From the NCBI GenBank assembly GCA_963825165.1, contig CAWGRY010000011.1, positions 8,642 to 72,641 of the forward strand: DNA of 64,000 nt. Reading direction: 5' to 3'. Within the stretch, counting starts at the first letter, position 1. Each line of letters begins with the position of its first letter. The notes under the pieces are model-generated. The model was not told the DNA's origin and made no database searches. It saw nothing but the letters and a program-made list of their open reading frames with translations. Positions 31,859-39,838 of the stretch are shown piece after piece. The DNA comes from an uncultured Bacteroidales bacterium. GTDB lineage: Bacteria; Bacteroidota; Bacteroidia; Bacteroidales; VadinHA17. The position numbers and the translations under genes are program-made.

Positions 31859-31896
31859 AGCCTGGGCTGCGTAATTCTAAGCGGCCCGGGCTTTTT
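31859..31896. terminator. Bidirectional stem-loop between convergent genes
   Basis: AGCCTGGGC ... GCCCGGGCT gives a 9-bp stem with one G-U pair, followed by TTTTTG. It overlaps the last codons of the minus-strand ORF 31877..32488. Confidence 0.5.
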
Positions 31897-32488
31897 GTGC
31901 CTGGAAATAAATAAGTTCGTCCTGCTCGGTCATGTCCAGTACTTTGAAACCGTAATCTTTAAGCAGAAATGAAATACTGTTCTTTGACATGAAAGTATTG
32001 GTCCTTGAATCCATTATGCTGTATAACCTGTTGATAAACGGAACAGCTGAAACAATACCACTTTCTATAGGGTCAAAATCTTTCCTGAACATAGTCGGGG
32101 AGGAGTTGTTTCTTAATCTGTATCTGGGGATATTCTTATTATCAACGAAACACCCGATTAAATAACTCTTCTGAGGCATAATCTGATAGCATGTATGCAG
32201 AAAATCCACAATCCGTTTAACCTGGTTGAGTTCAGTCAGATTCACGAGGGCTTTTATTTTACTCAGTTCTTCAGCGTCATAATAAAAGTGGCGCAGGGAA
32301 GAAATAACAACTATATCAGGGTCGCTTTCAAGGCCAAGCCGTCTTATATAATTATAAAAATTCGATCCCCCTTCGGCATGCAAAGTATCACTAGCTCTGC
32401 CGCTCTCTGGTGAACCACTCTGACCGGATATGACGTTCAGGTTTGTACTAATACTCCTGTTCGATATGATGACGGTCTTTTCAGCCAC
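31877..32488 (-). CDS. Hypothetical cytoplasmic protein (methyltransferase-fold-like C-terminal half, no SAM-binding glycine motif seen)
   Basis: 203-aa ORF preceded by module copy 8. PDIVVISSLRHFYYDAEEL...IMPQKSYLIGCF resembles post-motif-II regions of class I methyltransferases, but no GxGxG is present. Confidence 0.45.
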   Translation of the reverse strand: MAEKTVIISNRSISTNLNVISGQSGSPESGRASDTLHAEGGSNFYNYIRRLGLESDPDIVVISSLRHFYYDAEELSKIKALVNLTELNQVKRIVDFLHTCYQIMPQKSYLIGCFVDNKNIPRYRLRNNSSPTMFRKDFDPIESGIVSAVPFINRLYSIMDSRTNTFMSKNSISFLLKDYGFKVLDMTEQDELIYFQAQKARAA

Positions 32489-32532
32489 TTTTTGGGGGTT
32501 TTTTAAGCAGACTTTGCTTTAATTCTCTTATA

Positions 32533-32596
32533 CAAAGATGAACCCTGTTTCGAGAAACAGAGTTACATCTTTCGATGAAAGAATTACATAATTCAC
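32533..32596 (-). promoter_or_regulatory. 64-bp conserved promoter module, copy 8 (minus strand, upstream of 32488)
   Basis: Read on the minus strand: GTGAAT(32596)-ta-TGTAAT-N15-TGTAAC(32567)-N22-ATCTTTG(32539). Confidence 0.7.
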
Positions 32597-32691
32597 ATAC
32601 GGTAGAAATGATTGCCACGGATAAGGTTTCACCGCATAAAAAAAAGCCGTCACTATCCTGCGACGGCCCATTTTGATTAATAAAGTCCTTA

Positions 32692-33384
32692 CTAAAAACG
32701 GTATCCGATTGAAAGTCCGAAACCTGTATTCTTGTATGAGGTCTCATCTTCGCTATCCCATGAATGTACAGGATTTATTTTCAGCATGCCGAGCTGCGCA
32801 TTCAGCTGCAGGAATACCCCCATTGGTATTTCATAGCCGAAGAATATATTTGCCCCGGCATCAAACCGTCTGAAATAGGCATTATCCAGATCAAAAAAAT
32901 CGCTCTCCGTAATCTCGTTTTTGAAGGCAATTTTTTGTTCATAAGCCAACGTTCCGCTTTCAAACTTCTGGCTGCCGCCAATGCCAAAGGCAATATAAGG
33001 ACCAAACCCGAGAAGTATATGTCCGTCTCCAACCTGCGGCCTGTACAAAAAGCTCAGTGGAATCTCGATATAAGAAATCCTTGTAGTCGTATTATAATCG
33101 TCATTCGCCGCTTTGCCAGGCATGTTAAAGAAGTTATTCCTGGCGCCTTTTACAGAGAACAGAAGCCCTGGCTGAAAATAAAAGTCCTCAACAACAGGGA
33201 TATTAGCATTTACTCCTAAGTGAAACCCTACCAATAGGCCATTTTCAAGTTTATCGCCATTACTTTCTTTCCCGTTAATATTCTGGAAATTCAAACCCCC
33301 CAATAGACCGAAGCCAATCTGGGCCTGCAGAGCAAGTGATGAGAAAAGGAGGATTGCAGATATAGTTAACAATTTCGTTTTCAT
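32692..33384 (-). CDS. Outer-membrane beta-barrel protein (porin-family / OMP_b-brl-like)
   Basis: Signal peptide MKTKLLTISAILLFSSLALQA, alternating strands, terminal GLSIGYRF. Confidence 0.65.
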   Translation of the reverse strand: MKTKLLTISAILLFSSLALQAQIGFGLLGGLNFQNINGKESNGDKLENGLLVGFHLGVNANIPVVEDFYFQPGLLFSVKGARNNFFNMPGKAANDDYNTTTRISYIEIPLSFLYRPQVGDGHILLGFGPYIAFGIGGSQKFESGTLAYEQKIAFKNEITESDFFDLDNAYFRRFDAGANIFFGYEIPMGVFLQLNAQLGMLKINPVHSWDSEDETSYKNTGFGLSIGYRF

Positions 33385-33434
33385 ATTCTTCTGATTTTGT
33401 TATTTACAATATTATTATGTCTGATTGTTTATTA

Positions 33435-34106
33435 CTATTTGGCTGCTTCCTTCGCGGCTTCAGCCTTCATCTTCTCATTCGCAGTGATCAGAAACTCAAC
33501 CCTTCGGTTTCCGGCACGGCCTTCATCAGTTTTATTTTCATATTTTGGGGCAGTTTCGCCATATCCCTTAACTGTTAAACGGCTGGCTGCTATGCCTTTA
33601 CCATCGAGATAAGCAGTTACTGCATTAGCCCGTCTCAGAGACAGGGCCTGGTTATACGATACACTGCCTTTACTGTCTGTATGACCCTGCACTTCAATAT
33701 CCGTGTCGGCATAAGAGTTAAGGACTTTCACCAGTTTATCAAGGCTGATCTTAGCATCATCAGAAAGATTCAATTCGTCAAATCCAAAAAGGACGTTGCT
33801 GTTGAATTCCACAATTATTCCTTCACCCACGCGTTCAACCGTGGCATCAGGAACGGTATTCTTAATTTCCTCAGCCTGCTTGTCCATCTGATGGCCAATA
33901 ACAGCACCCGTGGCACCACCGACCGTGGCTCCGATGATTGCACCCAGGGCAGTGTTGCCTGAGGCTCTGCCAATTACGGCACCCATCGCACCGCCTGCGG
34001 CAGTTCCGACAACAGCACCTTTCTGGGTTTTATTCCACGATGCGCAGCCGGACAAAATCAGAACCGAACTTACGATAATGATCAAACCAATTCTTAACTG
34101 TTTCAT
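33435..34106 (-). CDS. OmpA-family lipoprotein with an N-terminal glycine-zipper
   Basis: Lipobox LILSGC, glycine zipper (GAVVGTAAGGAMGAVIGRASGNTALGAIIGATVGGATGAVIG), and an OmpA_C domain (GHTDSKGS..YNQALSLRRANAV...GYGETAP...NRRVEF). Confidence 0.8.
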   Translation of the reverse strand: MKQLRIGLIIIVSSVLILSGCASWNKTQKGAVVGTAAGGAMGAVIGRASGNTALGAIIGATVGGATGAVIGHQMDKQAEEIKNTVPDATVERVGEGIIVEFNSNVLFGFDELNLSDDAKISLDKLVKVLNSYADTDIEVQGHTDSKGSVSYNQALSLRRANAVTAYLDGKGIAASRLTVKGYGETAPKYENKTDEGRAGNRRVEFLITANEKMKAEAAKEAAK

Positions 34107-34157
34107 AATTTATGTATTTAGTTGTTAATGAGCTGTTTTTCAGTATTTATATTTTCC

Positions 34158-34221
34158 GAAAGGTAGGGCTCTGACAGATTACAAGCGTTATACAAAAAGA
34201 TATATGATTTACATGATTCAC
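34158..34221 (-). promoter_or_regulatory. 64-bp conserved promoter module, copy 7 (minus strand, upstream of the OmpA-like gene)
   Basis: Read on the minus strand: GTGAAT(34221)-ca-TGTAAA-N15-TATAAC(34192)-N22-ACCTTTC(34164). Confidence 0.65.
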
Positions 34222-34342
34222 ACATAAATAAGCTTCAAATCCTCATTCATAAAACGTGAGTTTGAATTCTTTTGTTCAAATGGGCAGGTACTACGCTGAT
34301 ACGGCAAAAGCATTAACGACCAATGACCGTCAGGTCAAATGT

Positions 34343-34406
34343 GTGAATGATGTAACTTATTTCCAGTGTTATGTAACACATTTTGGCATCAGCGGATCAA
34401 CCTTTG
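34343..34406 (+). promoter_or_regulatory. 64-bp conserved promoter module, copy 5 (upstream of mlaE)
   Basis: GTGAAT(34343)-ga-TGTAAC-N15-TGTAAC(34372)-N22-ACCTTTG(34400). The mlaE ATG is at 34423. Confidence 0.7.
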
Positions 34407-34422
34407 TATTCGGCATTTTACT

Positions 34423-35259
34423 ATGAAAATAATCAACCCTGTTATCAAAGTAAAAAAAATAGCAACGGATCAATCTGTAAGACTCGTCGAAAAAACTATA
34501 GCAACAACCGTTGAAGCAGGCAACTTTCTGACAAATATTGCCGATGCCTTCCTGTTTATAACAAGAGTCACAAAAGAAACATTTTCGCGCAACTTTGAAT
34601 TTAAGGAGTTCCTGCGTCAGTGCTTTCAGATCGGCAATAAAACGCTGCCACTTATTTCAGTAACAGGGCTCATTATCGGCCTGGTGCTTACTATTCAGAT
34701 GAGGCCTGCTTTATTGAGTTTCGGGGCTGTCAGCCTGCTTCCCGGAATGGTAACTGTTTCTCTCATCAGGGAAATGGGGCCGGTCATCACTGCCTTGATA
34801 TGTGCAGGGAAAATCAGCTCAGGCATGGGCGCAGAGCTTGGTTCAATGAGAGTGTCGGAGCAGATTGATGCCATGGAGGTATCATCTGTCAATCCAATAA
34901 GATTTTTAGTTGTGACAAGAGTACTGGCAGCCACGCTGATGATACCCTTACTGGTACTATATGCCGATGCTCTGGGCATATTAGGATGCTGGGCCGGAGC
35001 AAACATAAGAGGAGATGTGACCTTTGTCCTGTTTTTCTCGCAGGCATTCGGCTATATCGGATTTATCGATTTTATACCGGCGCTTGTCAAAACCTTCTTT
35101 TTTGGTGCAGTGATCGGCTTTGTCGGATGCTATAAAGGATATACGGCAGGACGCGGGACTGAGAGTGTGGGTATTGCTGCAAACTCAGCCGTGGTTCTGG
35201 CCTCATTGCTGGTGATAATTCTTGATTTAATTGCCGTGCAAATCACCGATATGATATGA
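34423..35259 (+). CDS. mlaE: MlaE-family ABC transporter permease
   Basis: Typical MlaE pattern (REMGPVITALICAGKISSGMGAELGSMRVSEQIDAMEV). I chose the ATG at 34423 because the track start at 34366 lies inside the promoter module. Confidence 0.8.
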   Translation: MKIINPVIKVKKIATDQSVRLVEKTIATTVEAGNFLTNIADAFLFITRVTKETFSRNFEFKEFLRQCFQIGNKTLPLISVTGLIIGLVLTIQMRPALLSFGAVSLLPGMVTVSLIREMGPVITALICAGKISSGMGAELGSMRVSEQIDAMEVSSVNPIRFLVVTRVLAATLMIPLLVLYADALGILGCWAGANIRGDVTFVLFFSQAFGYIGFIDFIPALVKTFFFGAVIGFVGCYKGYTAGRGTESVGIAANSAVVLASLLVIILDLIAVQITDMI

Positions 35260-36035
35260 ATGCTACATCCACAGCAACCGTTGCTTCTGCCAAAACAGAA
35301 AGCCCTGAACAGGTTATTGAAATCAATAACCTCAGGAAAGGGTTCGGAACGGAGGATGTTCTGGTGGATGTATCCCTGGAACTTTTTAATGGTGAAAACC
35401 TTGTTGTGCTCGGGAAATCAGGTTCAGGAAAATCAGTCCTGATAAAATGTATTGTTCGGTTACTGGATCCCGATGACGGAACAATCAGGGTCCTGGGAGA
35501 GGATCTGAATACCCTTAACCAGAAGGAGTTGGGAGAGTTGCGGAAGAAAATAGGTTTCCTTTTTCAGAGTGGCGCATTGTATGATTCAATGACCGTCAGA
35601 CAAAATCTGGAATTTCCCCTGCGAAGGATAAAAAAGAATCTTAATCAAAAAGAAATAAACGAAAAAGTGGCAGAAGTTCTTGAGAATGTCGGTTTATCTG
35701 ATGCCCTAAATAAAATGCCGTCACAATTATCAGGCGGAATGCGCAAGCGGATCAGCCTGGCACGAACCCTTGTCGTTGACCCGAGGATAATGCTGTATGA
35801 TGAGCCGACGACAGGTCTTGATCCGGTGACATCAGATGAGATAAGCATGCTTATTAATGACGTTCAGAAAAAATATAAAACTTCTTCAATCATCATCACA
35901 CATGATATTGAATGTGCCCGGACAACTGCAAACCGGATCATTATGTTACTCGACGGCGAAGTTTATAAGGTGGGAGGACTGGACGAGTTTGAAAAGTCAG
36001 CTGACCCGTCAATAAAATCATTCTTTAAAGGATAA
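35256..36035 (+). CDS. mlaF: MlaF-like ABC transporter ATP-binding protein
   Basis: Walker A GKSGSGKS, ABC signature LSGGMRKR, Walker B IMLYDEPTTGLD. Overlaps mlaE by 4 nt. Confidence 0.85.
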   Translation: MNATSTATVASAKTESPEQVIEINNLRKGFGTEDVLVDVSLELFNGENLVVLGKSGSGKSVLIKCIVRLLDPDDGTIRVLGEDLNTLNQKELGELRKKIGFLFQSGALYDSMTVRQNLEFPLRRIKKNLNQKEINEKVAEVLENVGLSDALNKMPSQLSGGMRKRISLARTLVVDPRIMLYDEPTTGLDPVTSDEISMLINDVQKKYKTSSIIITHDIECARTTANRIIMLLDGEVYKVGGLDEFEKSADPSIKSFFKG

Positions 36036-36039
36036 GAAT

Positions 36040-36798
36040 ATGGAAAAGCACACAAAAAAATTTAAAGTAAGTCTGGGGCTTTTTATTATCGGAGGGCTGG
36101 TGATTTTCGTCATCGCCATTTTTATAATAGGGAAGCAGGAAAATTTATTCGATCCTGTTTTTAAGATCACTACGACTTTCAATAATGTAAGCGGGCTGCA
36201 GGCTGGAAGCAATATCCGTTTTTCAGGTATCAATGTCGGTACTGTTGATGACATACGGATCATCAATGATACGACAGTGCGCGTTGATATGTTAATAAAA
36301 AGAAGCGTTCAGCAGTTCATTAAAAGTGATTGTGAAGCTGGCATTGGTTCTGCAGGGATAATCGGTGACCGCATTTTAATCATTACCCAGGGAAGCGAGG
36401 GTAACCCCATAGTAAAAGAAGGGGCGTACATCAGGTCAAAAGAACCTGTCGAATCAGACGCTATTATGGAAAGTATGCAGGTAACTGCAGATAATGCCGC
36501 AATCATTTCATATCAGCTGGCAGACATTATGGTTAATATAAACAGTGGAAACGGAACACTCGGGAGACTAATCCAGGATTCAACAATTGCAGAAAATATT
36601 GACAGGACAATCGTAAATCTCAAGAACAGCAGCAATGGATTAAATGAAAACATGAATGCGGCCAAGGAGAATTTCCTTCTGAAAGGTTACTTCAACAGGA
36701 AAGCAAAAGCAGCTGAAAAAGCAGCACAAAAATCGACCCAGGATTCTTTGGCAATAAAGGAAGATGAACAAAAAGCAATTGAGGATAAAAAAAAATGA
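36040..36798 (+). CDS. mlaD: MlaD/MCE-domain protein
   Basis: N-terminal TM segment, then an MCE-like core (FNNVSGLQAGSNIRFSGINVGTVDDI). Confidence 0.75.
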   Translation: MEKHTKKFKVSLGLFIIGGLVIFVIAIFIIGKQENLFDPVFKITTTFNNVSGLQAGSNIRFSGINVGTVDDIRIINDTTVRVDMLIKRSVQQFIKSDCEAGIGSAGIIGDRILIITQGSEGNPIVKEGAYIRSKEPVESDAIMESMQVTADNAAIISYQLADIMVNINSGNGTLGRLIQDSTIAENIDRTIVNLKNSSNGLNENMNAAKENFLLKGYFNRKAKAAEKAAQKSTQDSLAIKEDEQKAIEDKKK

Positions 36799-36829
36799 TC
36801 TCCAGGATATAAAACATTAATAATGGTAA

Positions 36830-38677
36830 ATGCAGGTATCTCTCAAAAATATTTTCTTGCTTTTTGTTTTGTCATTTTTAATAAGTGATCCTGCAAGTGC
36901 TCAGCAAACACCTGTCAAAACAGATTCCACCAGCCTTTATAAGAATATTGAAACCTATTCCAGACAAAGCAAATTTAAAACATTTGTCTACAGGCTGATC
37001 TTCAAACCGGCTACCCCGGAAACAAAGAACAAAGCAGTCAGGAAGAAGACATATAAAAACCTGATACAGAAGCCATACGGTACCTTTGAAGGGAAAATCA
37101 TCAGGAATATTAATGTTGTAACTTTCGATCCTTTTGGTTACTCGGTAACTGACACGATTGTTGCAAACCAAAATTTCGTGCTTAAGGCGGGAAACGGAGT
37201 GCATATAAAAACACGTGGTTTAGCGATCCGGAACCTGCTGCTTTTCCATAAGAATCAACCTTTCAATTCGCTGCTGGTGAAGGAATCTGAGCGCCTGATC
37301 AGGGCACAGAAATATGTTCATGACGTCGCTTTTTCAATTATAGCAACCGGGGAAGATTCTGATTCAGTAGATGTCTTTATCCGTGAACTGGACAGATGGA
37401 GCATAACCCCGGCAGGTACTGCTTCAAACAGAAGAATGACCGCCAGCATAACCGACATTAACTTTTTGGGATCAGGTCATGAGTTTCAAAATACCTTTTC
37501 AAGGAATTTCATCACCGGTGTTAATTCATTTAATACTGATTATTTCATCCCGAATATCCGGAACACCTGGATAAACGCAAAGCTTCATTATGGCTTTGAC
37601 GGGAACGGAAATTTTACAAGGGGTCTGGCTGTTGACCGTCCGTTTTTTTCTCCCCTGGCTAAGTGGGCAGCAGGCGTGATCGTCCTGTCTGAGTTTAAGG
37701 AAGACACCCTGAATGCCATAAATCCGGACTTTGTCCCTTATAGTTTAAGATTCAATACACAGGATGTCTGGGCAGGAAAAGCGATACGGATCTTTCAAAA
37801 CGGCAGGGATGATGAACTTATCTCCAATTTAATTTTTACGGCACGATACCTGCGGGTCCGCTTTTCTGAAAAACCACTGGCACAAAATGATCCGTTCCAT
37901 ATTTATTCCGATGAAGATTTTTATCTGGGCAGCATAGGTATTACTTCCCGGAAATATGTTCAGGATAAATTAATCTTCAAATTTGGTGTTATCGAAGATG
38001 TGCCGGAAGGGAGAGTCTTTAACCTGACAGCCGGCTACCAGGTAAGAAACAATACCGGGCGTCTCTATTTAGGGATGCGCTTTTCATTTGGCAACTATCA
38101 TGAATGGGGTTACCTGAGCTCAAACATTGAATATGGAACTTTTTTTAATGCATCACATGCTGAACAGGGGATATTTACCGCGGGTATAAGTTATTCCACA
38201 GTATTATTCAAGATCGGGAAATGGAATTTCAGACAATTTGTAAAACCTCAGATGACTATCGGCATAAACTGGTTTCCCTACGATAGTTTGACACTTAATG
38301 ATGGCGGTGGACTGGAGGGATTTAAGAGCCCTGTCCTCTCAGGAACAAAGCGTCTGCTACTTACTTTGCAGACACAATCGTACGCCCCCTGGAGTTTTCT
38401 CGGATTTCGTTTTGGGCCCTTTCTTAATTGTTCTTTTGGAATGATTGGCGATGATGCAGGCGGGTTAAAAAACAGCAAAGTGTATTCACAATTAGGGCTG
38501 GGAGTTATGATTAATAATGAACACCTGGTTTACAGTACATTCCAGGTATCAATTTCATTTTACCCGTCAATCCCGGGTATCGGCCGGGGAATTTTCAGAA
38601 TGAATTCAATCAGGACAACTGATTTCGGATTCAGGGATTTTGAAATTGAAAAACCGGGAAGGATACAATATCAATAA
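36830..38677 (+). CDS. Outer-membrane protein, Omp85/BamA-like (tentative)
   Basis: Signal peptide ending SDPASAQQ, a POTRA-like N-terminal region (GKIIRNINVVTFDPFGY...) and about 400 aa of beta-barrel-like sequence. Co-oriented directly after mlaD. Confidence 0.45.
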   Translation: MQVSLKNIFLLFVLSFLISDPASAQQTPVKTDSTSLYKNIETYSRQSKFKTFVYRLIFKPATPETKNKAVRKKTYKNLIQKPYGTFEGKIIRNINVVTFDPFGYSVTDTIVANQNFVLKAGNGVHIKTRGLAIRNLLLFHKNQPFNSLLVKESERLIRAQKYVHDVAFSIIATGEDSDSVDVFIRELDRWSITPAGTASNRRMTASITDINFLGSGHEFQNTFSRNFITGVNSFNTDYFIPNIRNTWINAKLHYGFDGNGNFTRGLAVDRPFFSPLAKWAAGVIVLSEFKEDTLNAINPDFVPYSLRFNTQDVWAGKAIRIFQNGRDDELISNLIFTARYLRVRFSEKPLAQNDPFHIYSDEDFYLGSIGITSRKYVQDKLIFKFGVIEDVPEGRVFNLTAGYQVRNNTGRLYLGMRFSFGNYHEWGYLSSNIEYGTFFNASHAEQGIFTAGISYSTVLFKIGKWNFRQFVKPQMTIGINWFPYDSLTLNDGGGLEGFKSPVLSGTKRLLLTLQTQSYAPWSFLGFRFGPFLNCSFGMIGDDAGGLKNSKVYSQLGLGVMINNEHLVYSTFQVSISFYPSIPGIGRGIFRMNSIRTTDFGFRDFEIEKPGRIQYQ

Positions 38678-38712
38678 TCTTAGCGCAGGGAAATGCCAGC
38701 GTCTTTAAATGT

Positions 38713-38776
38713 GTGAATCTTGTAATTCTTTGTTATAGTTATGTAACAGGTACAGACTGACACCTTACTACCTTTG
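38713..38776 (+). promoter_or_regulatory. 64-bp conserved promoter module, copy 6 (upstream of the M48 peptidase)
   Basis: GTGAAT(38713)-ct-TGTAAT-N15-TGTAAC(38742)-N22-ACCTTTG(38770), preceded by T to give TACCTTTG. Confidence 0.7.
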
Positions 38777-38804
38777 AAATCAACAATATAATTATTCCGA
38801 GATC

Positions 38805-39608
38805 ATGAAAAAAATAGTCTGTTTATTGCTGACGGTTGTGATTTTGACCGGATGCGCTTTAAATATACTTACCGGACGCAAACAGCTGAACCTTGTGCAG
38901 GAATCTGAACTGCAACTGATGGCTAAAGAACAATACAACACATTCTTGTCGGAAAATAAGGTATTAAACCCCGGTTCAAGCAGGGAAGCAGCATCTGTCG
39001 ACCGTGTAGGGGCGAGGATATCAAAGGCAATCACACAGTATTTTGCCAGCCAGGGACAGGAATCGCTGCTCGAAGGCTATAAGTGGGAGTTCAACACGGT
39101 TGAAAGTAAAGATATCAATGCCTGGTGCATGCCCGGGGGGAAGGTCGTCGTATATACGGGTTTGCTTCCTGTTACTAAAAATGAAGCAGCACTCGCGATC
39201 GTTATGGGTCATGAGATAGCTCATTCAGTCGCCAAACATGGTAACGAAAGAATGAGTCAGGCCCTTGTTCAGCAAATGGGAGGTATGGCACTGGGAATAG
39301 CTTTGGCCGAGAAGCCTCAGGAGACACAGGATCTTTTTATGATGACTTATGGCATTGGAAGCCAGGTAGGAGCAATATTACCGTGGTCACGGCAACAGGA
39401 AACCGAGGCCGATCAGTACGGACTGATATTTTCAGCATTGGCGGGTTATGATCCCCGGGAAGCAATTCCGTTCTGGCAGAGAATGTCCACAACAGGAGGT
39501 GCTACACCTCCGGAATTTCTAAGCACTCACCCTTCCAATGAAACAAGATTAAAGAAACTTGAAAAGTTCATGCCGGAAGCCATGAAGTATTATAATGCCA
39601 GTAGATAG
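38805..39608 (+). CDS. M48-family metallopeptidase lipoprotein (LoiP/YcaL/BepA-like)
   Basis: Lipobox ILTGC, INAWCMPGGKVVVYTGLL, HEIAHSVAKH zinc motif, downstream ETEADQYGL. Confidence 0.8.
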   Translation: MKKIVCLLLTVVILTGCALNILTGRKQLNLVQESELQLMAKEQYNTFLSENKVLNPGSSREAASVDRVGARISKAITQYFASQGQESLLEGYKWEFNTVESKDINAWCMPGGKVVVYTGLLPVTKNEAALAIVMGHEIAHSVAKHGNERMSQALVQQMGGMALGIALAEKPQETQDLFMMTYGIGSQVGAILPWSRQQETEADQYGLIFSALAGYDPREAIPFWQRMSTTGGATPPEFLSTHPSNETRLKKLEKFMPEAMKYYNASR

Positions 39609-39838
39609 TTGCCGGGTTCCAATTTATGTTAAAAGATAGTGGCTGAATGGGAATAAAAACATCCGGCATGGTGTTTTGGGAACAGCATTTTATTATTTAT
39701 TTTGTAATAATAGTCCATTGCATATGAACCAATTCAGTTGCATTCATATTCAGGATGAGGTACCCGGAGCCAATAATGAAAACCCGTACAGGTAAGAAGT
39801 ACTCCGCACCTTTTTATAAATAGAAATTAACTTTATTT

